Of a stretch of 64,000 nucleotides of DNA, positions 49,736 to 63,650 are shown one piece after another (the stretch's first letter is position 1; every line of letters starts with the position of its first letter). The stretch covers positions 10,650,653 through 10,714,652 of the forward strand of contig NC_068998.1 of assembly GCF_001194135.2 (NCBI RefSeq), written 5' to 3'. Made by a program: the position numbers and the translations under genes. The stretch is from Octopus bimaculoides. Its lineage: Eukaryota. The notes under the pieces were generated by a model. The model was given only the letters and a program-made list of their open reading frames with translations. It was not told the DNA's origin and searched no databases.

Positions 49736-51722
49736 TATATGTATAACCTTAGATTACATTATCTTAGCTTTTATCTTTTCTGTTATCTTTTACTTGTTTC
49801 AGTCATTGTACTGCAGCCAAGCTGGAGCACCACCTTGAAGGGTTTAGTCGGAAAATACTATTTTCTTTTTTTTTGAAATCTGGCACTTATTCTATCCAGT
49901 CTGTTTTGCTAAACCACTAAGTTACAGGGATGTAAACAAACCAACATCAGTTGTTTAGCAGTAGAGCGAGGAAACGATCACAAGCACAAACACACATGCA
50001 TCTGATGAGCTCCCATCCTGTTTCTGCCTACCAAATTCATTCACAAAGCATTGGTTGAACATGGGCTATCGATGACGACAAATGCTGAAGGTACTGTAAA
50101 CTGGCACTGAACCTGAAACTACAGAGTTGCAAAGTGAGTTCCTTAACCACACAGCCTGTGCCTAGGTCTCATTTTCTTTCATAAGAACAGAAGGATGTAA
50201 ACTGAAGGAGAAAGTTTAGTCCTATCTTTTGCAGATTAATTGGAACAATTATTTCTACAGCAGAATATCCATCATTCTCCATTTTCTTTAGTCTGGTGGT
50301 TAGTCATATTTTCTTCTAAAGGTATTCACAATTAGAAGATATGAAAGCAAAGCAAAATAAATGAATTTAAAAAGAAAAAAGGGGAAGAAAATACAAAAGA
50401 ACAACAGAAAGAGTACCTACAGGTGACAAAGGGGCATATTTGTCAATATAGACAATGGTAGAGACCTCCATGGTCAAGGAAGAAGACAAGACAATTGTGG
50501 CAGGTTTCTTCCCAATTTTTGTGCAGGTCCTTTGATGCCTGTGCCACTACACCTGATCTTTATAGCCTTTATCTGTCTCCCCAGACTTTCTTAACAACAT
50601 TAATTAGCATGGCATGGAGAAGAGACAAGACAGTGGTGGTGCCAGTAGAGTGAATAAGATATAGAAGAGCAGGGAAGTGAGGGAGTGGAATCATTAGATT
50701 ACAACCAGGATGTGGCAGAAGTCCAGTCATCAAGCTTGGACATCTGGGATGGGTAGGTGGAACAAAAAGCAGACAAATGCACTATTTTTTTTTTTTTTAA
50801 TCTTTTACTTGTTTCAGAAATTGGACTGTGGCCATGCTGGGGCACCACTTTGAAAAGTTCAGTTGAAGAAATCAGCCTCAGTATTTGTTTTAAGTCTGTT
50901 TTTTTTTTATTTTATCGGTCTCGTTTGCCAAGCCACTAATTTACATTGATATAAACAAAAGACAGGTTGTCAAGCAGTGGTGTGGACAAATATATATACA
51001 TAAATACATAATATAATGTTAGAATAAAATCTTTATAAGAATTTATGAAGTAGTTAGTGTGAAAAAACCTCATAAGGAAAAAAAAAAAACCATTTTTTTC
51101 CATAAATATATATACGATGGGCTTCCACACAGTTTCCACCTGCCAATTTACTCAAAAAGCACTGGTTAGCCTGGCACTACAATAGAAAAGTTTTGCCCAA
51201 GGTGCTGTGCTGTGGGACTGAACCTGAAAAAAATTTGTTCCAAGTGAACTTCCTGAACCTTGTAGAAAAAAATTGAATAACTAAAAGCAAGTCTTTCTCC
51301 CCTTGATAATCATCAGTGTTGTCAGCAAGATTTGAACTCATAGCTGGGAAGCACCAGATCTTGGTGCATTAATGTACTCAATGCTCTACACAGGGAAGGT
51401 AAGTATTTGGTACACGTGAAATAATTAAGTCTAATTTATTAGGCAATCCTAATGACCTGACAGCAACCCACACAACCCAGGCTTTATCACTTGCTTACAC
51501 TTTCCCTCCTCCTACACTTCCTCTCTTTTACCCCCACCCCACCCCGACCACGCTGTTCTAATAATGAAGGTTACTCCCCTCGTTCTCCCATCTCTCACAC
51601 CTTGGCAATGAGACAATTTCTACAAGCTGTTTGACAATGAATGGACAGAGATCTTCTTCCAAGTAAAACAATGGAATGGAAATTGTGGAAGGATGGGGCG
51701 GTGGGGTGGCAACACTTGATAG

Positions 51723-51770
<48 letters not shown>

Positions 51771-52065
51771 NNNNNNNNNNGAGAGAGAGAGAAAGAGAGA
51801 GAGTGTGTGATAGGAGTGAGTGAGTGAGCAAAAGAGAGAGAGAGAGAGAGAGAGGAAAATGTGTGAAGGGAAAGAGACTAGGAATAAAGAGATAAAGTGG
51901 GACAAAAATGGCACAAAGATGAACTTTGCTTAAAGAGATCAGGAAAAGGAAAAATTAAAATGAAGGAATGAGATAGATAGACACACAAATTAACTGAATA
52001 TGTCAGAGAAACTCAAGAGGAGAGCTCCAGAATGAGTTATCAGTTGAGGTGAAAGAAATTATGAG

Positions 52066-52450
<385 letters not shown>

Positions 52451-53026
52451 ACAGATAACAAAACAAAAGAAATTGCAGAGAGTCACAAGTTAGGGAAAAG
52501 GTGAGAAAGAGAGTCAAGAGAAAAGGAAGAAACAAAATAAATTAAAAAAAGATGGAATGCATGTATAATGTGTCCAGCCCTTGATGGAGCACCACTATGA
52601 TAATATCTTCCCTGCTGTGACTATCCCATCATTTTTATCGGGGTAAATAGGAATACATTACCTAATGTGCTGTTTGCTTACGTAAGATGGTGTAATCTAA
52701 GGTAGATTTGTCTATTTCTAGCAGGTCGTGTAACCACATAGAAGCTCCTTTGATTGGCTGTGTATGTTATGCTACCTGATGATGACAATGATGATGGCCA
52801 CAATGATGCTGATGATAATTAAGACATTATTGTAAAAACAACTGAAGTGAGGATGAAGATGATGTTGAGAATGATGACAAGAAATGTCAAATAACAACAT
52901 CAAAAAGTAAAAAAGAATTTAAAAATGTAAAAATACAAAATAATTTAAATAAGATAAATTTAAAGCAAAAGAGAGAGAGAAAAAAATGAAATCAAACAGT
53001 ATTCGCCCAGAGCAAAAACTGGTTAC

Positions 53027-53114
53027 CTCAATTTCCCTCTTCAGGTTAAGGTCTGCCATTTGCTTTGAAGGAATTTTCGTAGGGCCCCTATTATCTCTTC
53101 TCTGATACCTTTGT
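53027..53114 (-). CDS. Candidate internal exon (QRYQRRDNRGPTKIPSKQMADLNLKREIE; the alternative frame DKGIREEIIGALRKFLQSKWQTLT* ends in a stop)
   Basis: ataatttctgattccag| acceptor and GAG|gtaacc donor; 88 nt, phase 2 to 0; lies inside track ORF 52919..53338. Confidence 0.45.
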
Positions 53115-53490
53115 CTGGAATCAGAAATTATTTCACAACCACCTATGTGGCGCCGTATGAATTCCATTGTCAGAAGGAAAAAAAAAGAGAAAAAGTAGGG
53201 GATAGCTACAAAGCTCTCGGAGAGTTTATTGAGGAGGGTAATGTTAGCAACGAAATATAGTCTGTCATGATCCGGTCCAAGAGAGTTGTTGTAAGTAACC
53301 ACTGAGTCACCAAGTTCAAAGAGTGGGTAGTTCCGCATTGAGTAGAAAAAAAGGAAAACAAAGAGAGGAAAGAAAGGTTTCTTCCGATAAGATTTGAAGT
53401 GAATCTAGTGATTCCAGGCAATGTGACAGAATGCATTAAGGATGGCAACCACAGGAGCAGCAGAAAAAATAGACTCAGACTGTTTCTTAC

Positions 53491-53523
53491 CTCCGCTTGG
53501 CGTCAGATGAAAGTATTCGGCTC
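53491..53523 (-). CDS. Candidate 33-nt internal coding microexon (open as SRILSSDAKR or AEYFHLTPSG)
   Basis: aaattgtttcttacatag|GAGCCGAATACTTTCATCTGACGCCAAGCGGAG|gtaaga; strong donor, CpG-retaining unique sequence, length divisible by 3. Confidence 0.5.
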
Positions 53524-55139
53524 CTATGTAAGAAACAATTTTAGGCTGAGTCAAATATGTGTGGAACTATTAGAAATGTTCAATGGAATACAGATTGGGG
53601 AAACATCAGGTTAAAAATTCCATAAAAGGATGCACGAGTAAGTAAAGAAGAAAAAAATATTACTGCCACTTCAGGGGTTGCAGGATCATCAGGACTTTTG
53701 AGATGTCTCGACAATATTTCATGTGTCTCCATAATCCAATCGGATTGCTTGTAGCAATGCTGAACAACAATAACAACAACACCAAAAGCAAGACCAGCAG
53801 AACATCAGTGGCACCAAGGAGGAAAAATTAAGAGACGAAAATTGGTTAGCAAAATTCCATCAGACCAAATGTAACGTAACGTAAACTGGTCATACAATTA
53901 ATCAGTTGGCACTTGAGGTAGTTTTCTTTCTTTTTTTTTTCAAGTCAGTTGGCAGCAGAAAATTTTTGGTAAATTTTAGGTAACCATGAGAATGATGTGA
54001 AAGGTGACAAATGACTTTAGCATTTAGGTTATACTACTGGATTCTGTAGATTTTTGAGTAGAGTAAATGCTTAACTGTATTCTGTGAGATAGTAAGCTGC
54101 AAAGTGTTACACTGAATACTCAAGGAGTAGTGGAATGGCTGAGTGGATGGAGTATCTTCTCAGGTGGAATGCTGTTAGTTTGTACTGGACACACATGAAC
54201 TGCTGTGTGCTTTTGTGTTGCGCTTTGAGTGTGGTAATATACTCTTGTCCCAATTTAACTGAGGAAACACTGAGTGGTCAGGTAATATAACCAACCATCA
54301 CCAATTTCATTGACAAAGAAGCAATAAAGGTAGGAGATAATGAGAGAGAAAGAGACAGGGGAGAGAGAGGGTGTGTATGTGAAAGAGAGTGTGTGGTGAG
54401 TGAGTGAGTAAGTCTGTGCATGTGAGAGAGAGACAGACAGAGAGTGTGTGTGCTAGAGAGAGAGAGACAGTAGACTCAAAGACTGGGTGTCATGTATTCG
54501 AGAAGGTGATGTGTAGTTTTGGTGGGAAAGTGCTTTTTGTCAAATGTCGAGAATGAAGTTCTTGAAGAATGAAAACTAAAAGAAAATTACAAGAACCTCG
54601 GCAGCAGAAGTAGAAGTAGTAGAAGTAGCAGCAGCAACAACAACAAGAAAAGATTCTTGAAACAAGCCACTCTATTGTATTCACTTCAAGTCCTGCCTGG
54701 TTTGAACAAGAAATGTTTTCTGAAGTTTGCATTAGAAAGTAGGACGTAAAGAACAGGACAAAACAAAACAAGGTATCCAGCTGATTAAAAAATTTTAGAA
54801 AAAGACAATTTACATACATTCCAAGGTGATGGATAAAAATTCTTCACGCTAATTGACCTATATATATATACGTATATATAACACAAAGTATATATGTATA
54901 TATAACACAAAGTATCCAGCAGTTGAAACAGTCTTCCTGGCAAATTAATCATAAGGGGACATAAATCTGTTTAATCCTTAGTTATATTATAATAGAAAGG
55001 AGAAAATGAGAACATTTCTGTCGAAGCCTTCTGGTTCTTATTTTGGTCTTGAATGTTTCCTTCCTTGTTTTTTTCTCCTTGTTTCAGATCATATGGCATC
55101 CACTTTTGAGAAATTGTTTAAAAAATGCATACAGATATC

Positions 55140-55172
<33 letters not shown>

Positions 55173-55382
55173 TACATATATATACACACACATTAAACAC
55201 ACGTTCATATATGCATATACAGACACGTGTGTATGCATGTAAATCACTTCAAGAAATCAAATCAAATCCCCAATGTTTATTTGTTGTTTGTTATTGTTGT
55301 CCTTTTTTTCTTCTTCTTTTTGGTTGGGGGTTCCTTTTTTTGTTCCTTAGATGCTGGCTGCCAGCCGTATATAACCAGTTAC

Positions 55383-55425
55383 CTCTGTGCCATAGGTCTG
55401 ATAAAGCAGGGCTGACTCAACCAGG
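55383..55425 (-). CDS. Weak candidate upstream exon (contains ATG GCA CAG AG at 55393)
   Basis: GAG|gtaact donor; acceptor ambiguous (55425 or 55436); plus-strand acceptors nearby compete. Confidence 0.25.
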
Positions 55426-56009
55426 CTGTGGCTATTCTTCAACAAAAACAACAACAACAACCTGTAGTGTGTGTGGGTGGGTGTACTGGTGTAGACAACA
55501 ATAGAAGCAACTAATATTGTTGTTGATTTGTGAGTGTTGTAAGACTATGTATTGGAATGGAGCAGAATTGGTATAATTAATGAAGAATCAATTAAACAGA
55601 CAATGTAGATGGTGACTAAGATTAAACTCACAACACATGCATATACACAGGTAGGTATACATAGACAATTACACACACATACTAAATTACATATACATAC
55701 TCAGTGTGTGTGTGTACATTATATATATATATATATATGTATACAGTTATTGGGCAGTTTCTTCCTCTGTCAGCATATGTGTATACATTTGCACTCTCCT
55801 TATAGCACCAGGAATATTTTACTCCTATTTCTAGCAATATAGGTGTCTTGTCATCTGTTAGTCACATTTAGTAACAACTGAATTTTTCCTTTAATGTACC
55901 AAATTGCGCCCTGCTATTTATATTAAATTTCTATATAAATACACACACATATATATGTATAAATTTCCACACTGAACCATACAGATATGCTTACAAAAAA
56001 AGATCAGCC

Positions 56010-56583
56010 GTCCTTTATAAGACTGAGATGGTGGAGGTCCTCATCTTTGCGAGATGTGTGAGATTGAAGTGTCCACCATCTAAGTGATAGCATATGTTGC
56101 TGGAAGGCGAGTCTGGTGGGATTTCGTTGAACGTGGCAGCCATGTACAAAGAGAAACAGGTTTGTGCCAGGACAAATCTTTGCTTGACCGCCAGTTATGG
56201 GGAAACAGGTCTGTGAGGGCATGCCATTGTGAAGGGGGTGGAGCAGGGTAATGAAGCCCTCCGGACATACAAACCAAGCAAGGACGGCCCACATTGCAGA
56301 ATGAGGGACCTTGTCAAAAGCTTTCTTTAGATCCCAGGAGATAAACATTGCAGGCTGTTACTGTTCTTGATACTTCTCATAAAGTTGGCGGACACAAAAG
56401 ATCATGTCGATTGTGCCTTGAGAGGGTTGAAAGCCACATTGGGACTCAGGAAGGACATCTTCCACGGGGATGAGGAGGCAAATGAGTAGGATATGGGTGA
56501 ATATCTTGCTTGCAATACTCAGGAGTGAGATGCCCCGATAGTTGTTGCAATCCTCTTAGGTCTCCCTTCTTGTAGATGGTGAG
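56010..56583 (-). mobile_element. Degenerate RTE-type (BovB-like) LINE reverse transcriptase fragment
   Basis: With frameshifts reads TIYKKGD..CNNYRGISLLSIASKIF...LPESQCGF..GTIDMIFCVRQL..DLKKAFDKVP. Confidence 0.9.
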
Positions 56584-56875
56584 GATATATATATGTGTGT
56601 ATAGACACACACACACACACACACATTTGTTGAGGCAGATTTTTCTGGCTGGATGCTTTTCACGTTACCAACCTTCTCCTGGACTGCATGTTTTTTAACC
56701 TTCCATGTAAACACACTCACATTAGTCAAGTAATATTACCTTGCTTGAAAGCAAGTGAGGGTTGGTGACAGATAGAGCATCCAACCATAAAAATCTACCT
56801 CAATGAACCATTCCCTTTCTCTGACGCAAGCATGGAAAAATTAGAACAATGACAAAGATAACGCCAGAGAGAGAG

Positions 56876-56964
<89 letters not shown>

Positions 56965-57474
56965 CTAGATTATAAATGTGATAATATCTTGCGTTTCCAT
57001 GAAACAATCAATATTTATTGATTGATTAGATTTTTTCGATGTTCGATTATTTTTTAAGTGTTTTTCTCCCAACTGGTTATCACTTCAAAAATGGGGTCAT
57101 GCTTCATTTAACTTGATGTAGTTACATTTAAAACGGTTACTGCAAAAAGGTTGCACAATCTACTAGAAATAGCAGCAAAATCTCATTCATATCACATTCC
57201 GCTGTCTTAAAAAAAAAACTGCACATTGATTAATGCAATCTTAGATACACTATCTTTTACTTGTTTCAGTTATGTGGCCATGCTGGGGCACCACCTTGAA
57301 TGGTTTTAGTTGAACTCATCAACTCTAGTACTTGTTTTTGTTTTGCCATTTTTATTTTTACGTCTGGTACTTTTTCTATTGGTCTTTTTTGCTAAGTTAA
57401 TGGTAAAGTAAACAAACCAACACAGGTTATCAAGTGGTGTATGGAAGGGTGACAAGCACAGTCACAAATAGGTG

Positions 57475-57509
<35 letters not shown>

Positions 57510-57954
57510 TATGCATACACATACATACATACATGCATACACACACACGATGGGCCTCCACATGATTTCTGTCCACCATGTCAACCAAATTCACTCACAA
57601 GATATTGGTCAGTCCAGCGATATAGAAGAACGTGTCCAAGATGTCACACAGTGAAACTGAACCTGAAACCACACGGTTGTGAAACAAGCTTCTTAACCAC
57701 TCATCCATACCTGCATTTATGTCTAGAAAAAAACAATGCAGGATGGTCAGGCCGAAATAATTTGGATGATAGTTCTGCTTAATTAAAAAAGGCTTTATTT
57801 TTACAGTTAATTATATAACGAATCACATTTTAGATTATAATATTTAAATACAAAGAAGCAGAAGAAAAAAAGGAAAAGAAAGAAAAAAATGGTGGGGAGG
57901 TAAAGCGATAGAAAGAAAGAAAAATAGGGGATACAAATCAATAAATACAGGGGT

Positions 57955-58170
57955 CTGACCAGTTGCTAAAGGTTTGTGCTGGTCGCCATTGAGATGTCAG
58001 GGGTTCATCAGACCCTGAACTACTGATTTTCTCCACAAAATCGGGATAATCATGACTCATCTGAGAAATGAGCCCAGTGAGATGGAGTGGCTGTTGCAGT
58101 AAATATTGCTGGCCATTCTCTGTAGCGACACCATAGCAGTCATTACCATGGGGTACATTTGAGCTTACCC
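57955..58170 (+). mobile_element. CRE-like non-LTR retrotransposon relic (restriction-like endonuclease C-terminus)
   Basis: With one frameshift reads FVLVAIEMSGV..P*TTDFLHKIG..MT...NEPSEMEWLLQ*ILLAIL, resembling the F.PVA.ET.G..GP...FL..IG.....EPRE..WL.QRISLAI.RGNA motif. Confidence 0.55.
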
Positions 58171-58794
58171 TTTTTTGGGGTACGTGTGGCCCATCATCCA
58201 CACTCTTGTATCTTCTACTGCTTTACCCAACCCCCCTACCTTTTTTTTTCTTTTCCTGACCCATGCAAACATGGACAGTTGGATGTAGAACTGATGCAAG
58301 ATGATAAGTATGACGGTTAATTTTGAGGGAGATTTTGTTACTATTTCTAGTAAGTTGAACGACTCATTGACCTGGATGTGTTTGTTGTGGCATTAAGGTG
58401 TGTCAGGTATGCGGAATAGAGAGAAAAAATGTGATTAAAAGCTGTACCAATTAAAATTAGTTGCTAAGAGAGGTTACTGAGTCAAAAACAACCGATTCAA
58501 AAATGGATTTCATCATTCAATATCTGAAAAACAACAAATTTGACTTGTTATTAACATATAGAATGTCACAGATGGTCAGATGATCATGCTGATAAGTTCT
58601 TGAGTACATGTGTTTTTGACAAGGTCACTTAACTAAACAGATGTAGAACATTATTTTATTGATTCTTCAATCATTGGATTTTAACCAAGCAGGGGTACAA
58701 GACTTCGAAGGATTACATTGACTGCAGCACTTTTAGGATTGGTCCTGAAACTTATTTTATTGACTCCCAGGATGGCAAAAGGTAAAGTTGACCA

Positions 58795-59452
58795 GTGGTT
58801 AGTTCGCATTATATTGTAAGGAGCATAGGATTGGTTTCCCAATTTCCATGGTGTATATGCTCCTTCTTGGATGGGACACTGGTCTGTTGCAGGATTACTC
58901 ATTTTTACAAGCTGAGTGGACTGGAGCAGCATGAAATGAAGTTGTTTGCTCAAGGACAGAGCCAGGTTAAAACCTATAGAGGCCCTAAGCACTTAAAAGG
59001 TTTTTGGTGCCCTCAAGTATATGAAAATAGTTCAAAATGTAAACAAAGATAATTCAAAATGTAAACGATGATAAATCATAAAATAAATTTTTATTTTTCA
59101 AAACGAAGCAAAATTCACATTAAGATGGAAAATAATGTTTATGTTTATATGCTTCCACTTCATTTATATTTGAAAAGTTTTTTTTTTTTTTTTAATTGCA
59201 AAGTGTTCGATGATATCGTTAAAATTAATTTTATGCAAAACTTCTGCTTCTATACTTCGTAGAGATAAGGCATTACGAATATAATTTTAGCAAGCTTAAA
59301 GTGATTTCTTTCATGCTGTAAACCATTTTCATTTCTGTGGTGCCCCCATAAGCATGTGTTTATTTTGCTTAATGGAATTGTGGTTCCAGGAATTGAAACC
59401 AGTCTTATGATCAAGAGTCCAAAACCCTAACCACTAAGCCATGCACTTCCAC
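58795..59452 (-). mobile_element. tRNA-derived SINE family E, split by the hAT MITE
   Basis: Head (minus) gcatggcttagtggttagggtt...tcaattcctgg; central ttgagcaa..cttcatttcatg.tgctccagtccactcagct; related fragments at 36780-36910, 40640-40770, 61480-61590. Confidence 0.7.
58957..59375. mobile_element. Second copy of the hAT-like MITE, nested in a SINE
   Basis: Collinear with 26336-26744 (ggccctaagcacttaaaag...agagataaggcat...aagcttaaagtgatttc...taagcatgt); right end degenerate. Confidence 0.75.
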
Positions 59453-60471
59453 AAATTGACTTTTGTGAGTGTGTATGTGTGCAAATGTGTTTTTGTGTAC
59501 AAGTGTGTGTTTGTGTGAGTTTATATGTCTTCCCACTTTCACACATGTTTGCTGTTTGTAAACAAAATCATCACTTTTCATTCAAACTGTATTTGTCCAC
59601 TTTCAGTCCATCACAGAAGCACGTCCTAGCTTCTTGACATGTACAATCTTTTGAAAATAAAATACACATTCAAATGGTATCATCTGTCTCTAGCCCTTCA
59701 CAGTCGATTTGTTCAACTAAAGGTGGTGCTCCAGCATGGCTGCAGTCAAATAACTAAGTAAAAGAATAAAATATATATATACATATGATGGGCTTCTTTC
59801 AGTTTCCGTCAACCAAATCCACTCTCAAATTTTGAGGCAGCCCAAGGTCATAGTAGAAGACACTTGCCCAAGGTTCCACACAGTGGGACTGAACCCAGAA
59901 CTATGTGGTAGGAAAGCAAACTTCTTACCACAGAGCCACACCTGTGTGTGTGGGGGGGAGAGAGAGAGAGAGAGATGACAATGAGATTGATATCAACAAT
60001 GGTGGTGATGGCACAACATGAAATTGGTGACACTGATAACGATGATAAGCTGAAGTGTGATATTTGTGCAGTTCGAAAGATAACAACACCAACAAGAACA
60101 AAACATGACTGAGGAACACATGCACACACACACACACACACTATGTCCAAACATGATGATTTAAAAGGAATGCTTAAGAAAAAAACATTGACAGTTTTGG
60201 CTCTCATTTCCCCCTCGTCTTTTTTTTTTTTCTTGCATGTTATTGTTTTCTTTTCTTTACAATCCTTCTTTGAATTCTTNNNNNNNNNNNNNNNNNNNNN
60301 NNNNNNNNNNNNNNNNNNNNNNNNNNNNNNNNNNNNNNNNNNNNNNNNNNNNNNNNNNNNNNNNNNNNNNNNNNNNNNNNNNNNNNNNNNNNNNNNNNNN
60401 NNNNNNNNNNNNNNNNNNNNNNNNNNNTCTCTCTATCTCTCTCTCTCTATCTCTCTCTCTCTATCTCTCTC

Positions 60472-60514
<43 letters not shown>

Positions 60515-60814
60515 CTCTCTCTCTCTCTCTTATTTAATTGATGAAGGCAATTGACATGAATTCACTGGTTACTGACGCCTGGTGAGTAGCTATTGCATCA
60601 AAGCTATCAATAAACTGATGTTGCAGTCCATGACAGAACATGTGCAGGATGAGACTTTGGAAGGAGAGAAAGGGGAGAGATAGAGAAAGAAGAAGAGGTG
60701 GAAGAAATTAAACAAGGAAAAGAAGAGAAAATTAAAGTCATCTCCATATTGCAAATAAAACAATGCACACATACATGTATAAGGAGATGTTTGAGGTTTG
60801 ATATAGAACATCAT

Positions 60815-61325
60815 CATCATCATCATCGTTTAACGTCCGCTTTCCATGCTGGCATGGGTTGGGCGGTTTGACTGAGGGCTGGCAAGCCAGAAGGCTGCAC
60901 CAGTCTCCAATCTGACCTGGCAAAGTTTCTACAGCTGGATGCCCTTCCTAACACCAATCACTCCGAGAATGTAATGGATGCTTTTGCGTACCTCTGGCAC
61001 GAAGGCCAGTCAGGCAGTACTGGCATCGGCCACGCTCAAATGGAGCTTTTTATATGCCATCTGCACAGGAGCCAGTCTGGCGGCACTGGCAACAACCACG
61101 CTTGAATGGTACTTTTTTTACATGCCACTGGCATGGGAACCAGTCAGCAGCCCTGGCAACAATCACGCTCAAATTATGCTTTTAACATTCCACTGGCATG
61201 GGTGCCTATCAGGCGGTACTGTCATCGGCCACAACAGTGATTTCACTTGCCTCAACAGGTCTTCGCAAGCATAGTTTATTGTTCATTGATGGGCTGGTTA
61301 TACAGCACTGGCATAGGCCAGGGTT
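60815..61325 (-). mobile_element. Interspersed family D (SINE/LINE 3'-like, (GAT)n tail) with internal ~65-bp subrepeats
   Basis: catcatcatcgtttaacgtccgctttccatgctggcatggg...ctggatgcccttcctaa; four gccagtc..g..gcactggca..g.ccacgct units; other copies at 2960-3135, 14075-14340, 43670-43880, 43990-44140, 45225-45330. Confidence 0.7.
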
Positions 61326-61620
61326 CTGAAATTTCTTGTTGAACAACCAGCACAGATGGTTTGTCTATAATGATCAAATGTTTGTACTGAGCATTATTAG
61401 TTCACTGCCTCTGTCAAATCAATGTTGCTTCAACAGATGCATGGTGTGCCACATGTTTGATGTTGAAGTGATCACAGAGCAATGTGAAAAGAAGTGTTTT
61501 GCTACAAAAAAAAAAACACACATCGTTTCCAGTTCAGGGATTAAAACCAAGATCTTGCAACCAAGAATGCAACACCCCAAACCACATGCTCTCATGTATG
61601 TATGTACACATACACACACA

Positions 61621-61833
61621 AGAGAGTGCTGTAAAGTTCCTGGCTTTAAGGCTATCACAAAAGGCCTGGTTAGAGGCCCAACCATCTGAGTTCTTTTAAA
61701 GGGCTTAGAAATACTGAAAGACCACTGCAATAAGTGTGTGAATCTGAGAGGGGGAATATGCTGAATTAAATCATAACTGACTGATCCTCCTGTATTTTCT
61801 TTTACCGAAAACTAAGAAATTTCCAGCACTCCC
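61621..61833. mobile_element. Uninterrupted ~210-bp mariner-derived MITE
   Basis: Imperfect TIRs gagagtgctgtaaagttcctggcttt and aactaagaaatttccagcactccc. Confidence 0.8.
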
Positions 61834-61932
61834 ATATATATATATATATATATATGTGTATGTATATGTATATACACACACACACACACACACACGCACG
61901 CACGCACACGCACGCACGCACGCACGCACACG

Positions 61933-61963
<31 letters not shown>

Positions 61964-62570
61964 GTTTTAGTGATACAAACTGGAAAATAGAACTCAGAGC
62001 AGCAGTTACAGAGTGACTCAAGGGCCGGAAGTTTTGTGTATTGACAGTCATCAAACTGGCTTCAAATAATAGGGATTACATTTATATAGACTGACTAAAA
62101 TGATAACTAAAAATTTCTCTAGATTATTCTGTAATAAATAAATAAACAAAAACTCTTACAAGGTCACGTGCATAATGCATATTTTTTCAAACAGTCTGCC
62201 CATTTAACAGTTCAATAAATAGATTAATAAAAAAAATAATACATAGATCACACTTTAAAATATTTATTTTACCAACCAAATGTCTTATGGAAAAGATATA
62301 TAGATTATGTCTTCGATGCCATTCCATAGTTTATCAGTCGATTGTCTAACAAATAATATAAATGTTGCGTATAACAGATTATGTCTTTGAGTTCGTTCCA
62401 TAATTATAGTTGCAGAAACAAATGACGACACAATAATATTTATAAGTCTCATCCCAATGAATTAGTAAAATTAAAAATTCATTTTTCTCACCACAGATAC
62501 AGACCTACAGAATTCTTACACATTTACAATTTGTTCCTGGTTCTGTACTAAAAAGATTCCACTCAAACAT

Positions 62571-62838
62571 GCTCTACATGATCACTCAGTCTGCTAGAAA
62601 TAGCAGCCAAATCACACATGGTTCCCTAATACCTGCTCTAAATTGTCACTCAGTTTTCTAGAAACAACAGCCAAATCTCTCTCAAATCACACATGATTCC
62701 CTGATACCTGCTCTAAATTGTCACTCAGTCTTCTAGAAATAGCAGCCAAATCTCTCTCAAATCACACGATTCCTCGATACCTGCTCTACATGGTCCCTCC
62801 GTTTGCTAGAAATAGCAATCAAACTCTCCCAACTCATA
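62571..62838 (+). repeat. Four-unit minisatellite (periods 64, 75, 73 bp)
   Basis: Units start gctcta at 62571, 62635, 62710, 62783 and contain ctagaaatagcagccaaatc. Confidence 0.85.
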
Positions 62839-63354
62839 TACATCTTAAAAGAAACAACAAAAAGTGGACATCAGATGGTGTAGTCACAGTTACAGACAGG
62901 ATAGGCATGGTTGGGATGCTTTTGAACATACATCAACCACAACTACCACCACCACCATTGCTATTGCCGTCACTATAACTACTATGGCTGCTGTGTTTTG
63001 CATGCGTATCTACGTATGCATGCATACACACAAATACACACACACAAACATAATCACCTCCATCATATCATATTCTACCTGCATTATCACCACCACCTCC
63101 ACCACTAATCAACAGAAGAAAATTTACTCACCCAACACAATTTCCTGGAGTGTATATAACTGACGCTGTAGAGACAGGTAGATGATTAGAGATTAAGCTA
63201 CTGTGATGCAATATTATTAATACATGTTGTTGTTGTTGTTGTTGTCATTGCAGTGGTGTTTTAATTATAGTTGCAGTTGCACAAGTCGTTGCATAAGCAT
63301 TTCTCAAGCTAGTTGCTATAAAGCAACCACTGTCCTCTTTTAAACAGAGGTACA

Positions 63355-63359
63355 CACAC

Positions 63360-63414
<55 letters not shown>

Positions 63415-63650
63415 TATGTATACATATACGTATGCATTTATATACATATGTATCCACATACATATGTATACATATGCATTTATGTCTACAGATACAATTA
63501 TACATATATCTACATTATAAATAAGTACATGCATATGCAAATACATACATAGGCATACGTGTATATTAATAGATATACATTCATCCACACATATATTTAC
63601 ATACATACATACATACATACATATGTATATACATATATATATACATATAT
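63355..63650. repeat. (AT)n/(ATAC)n microsatellite complex
   Basis: Read directly; representative of dozens of (AT)n, (AC)n, (AG)n, (AAT)n, (CAT)n tracts such as 24068-24147, 28555-28590 and 56878-56960. Confidence 0.95.

Noticed and set aside
60978-61230. Regularly spaced ~65-bp repeats superficially like a CRISPR array (also 62571-62838)
   Set aside because: Degenerate tandem units without unique spacers, inside a eukaryotic interspersed repeat; no cas genes
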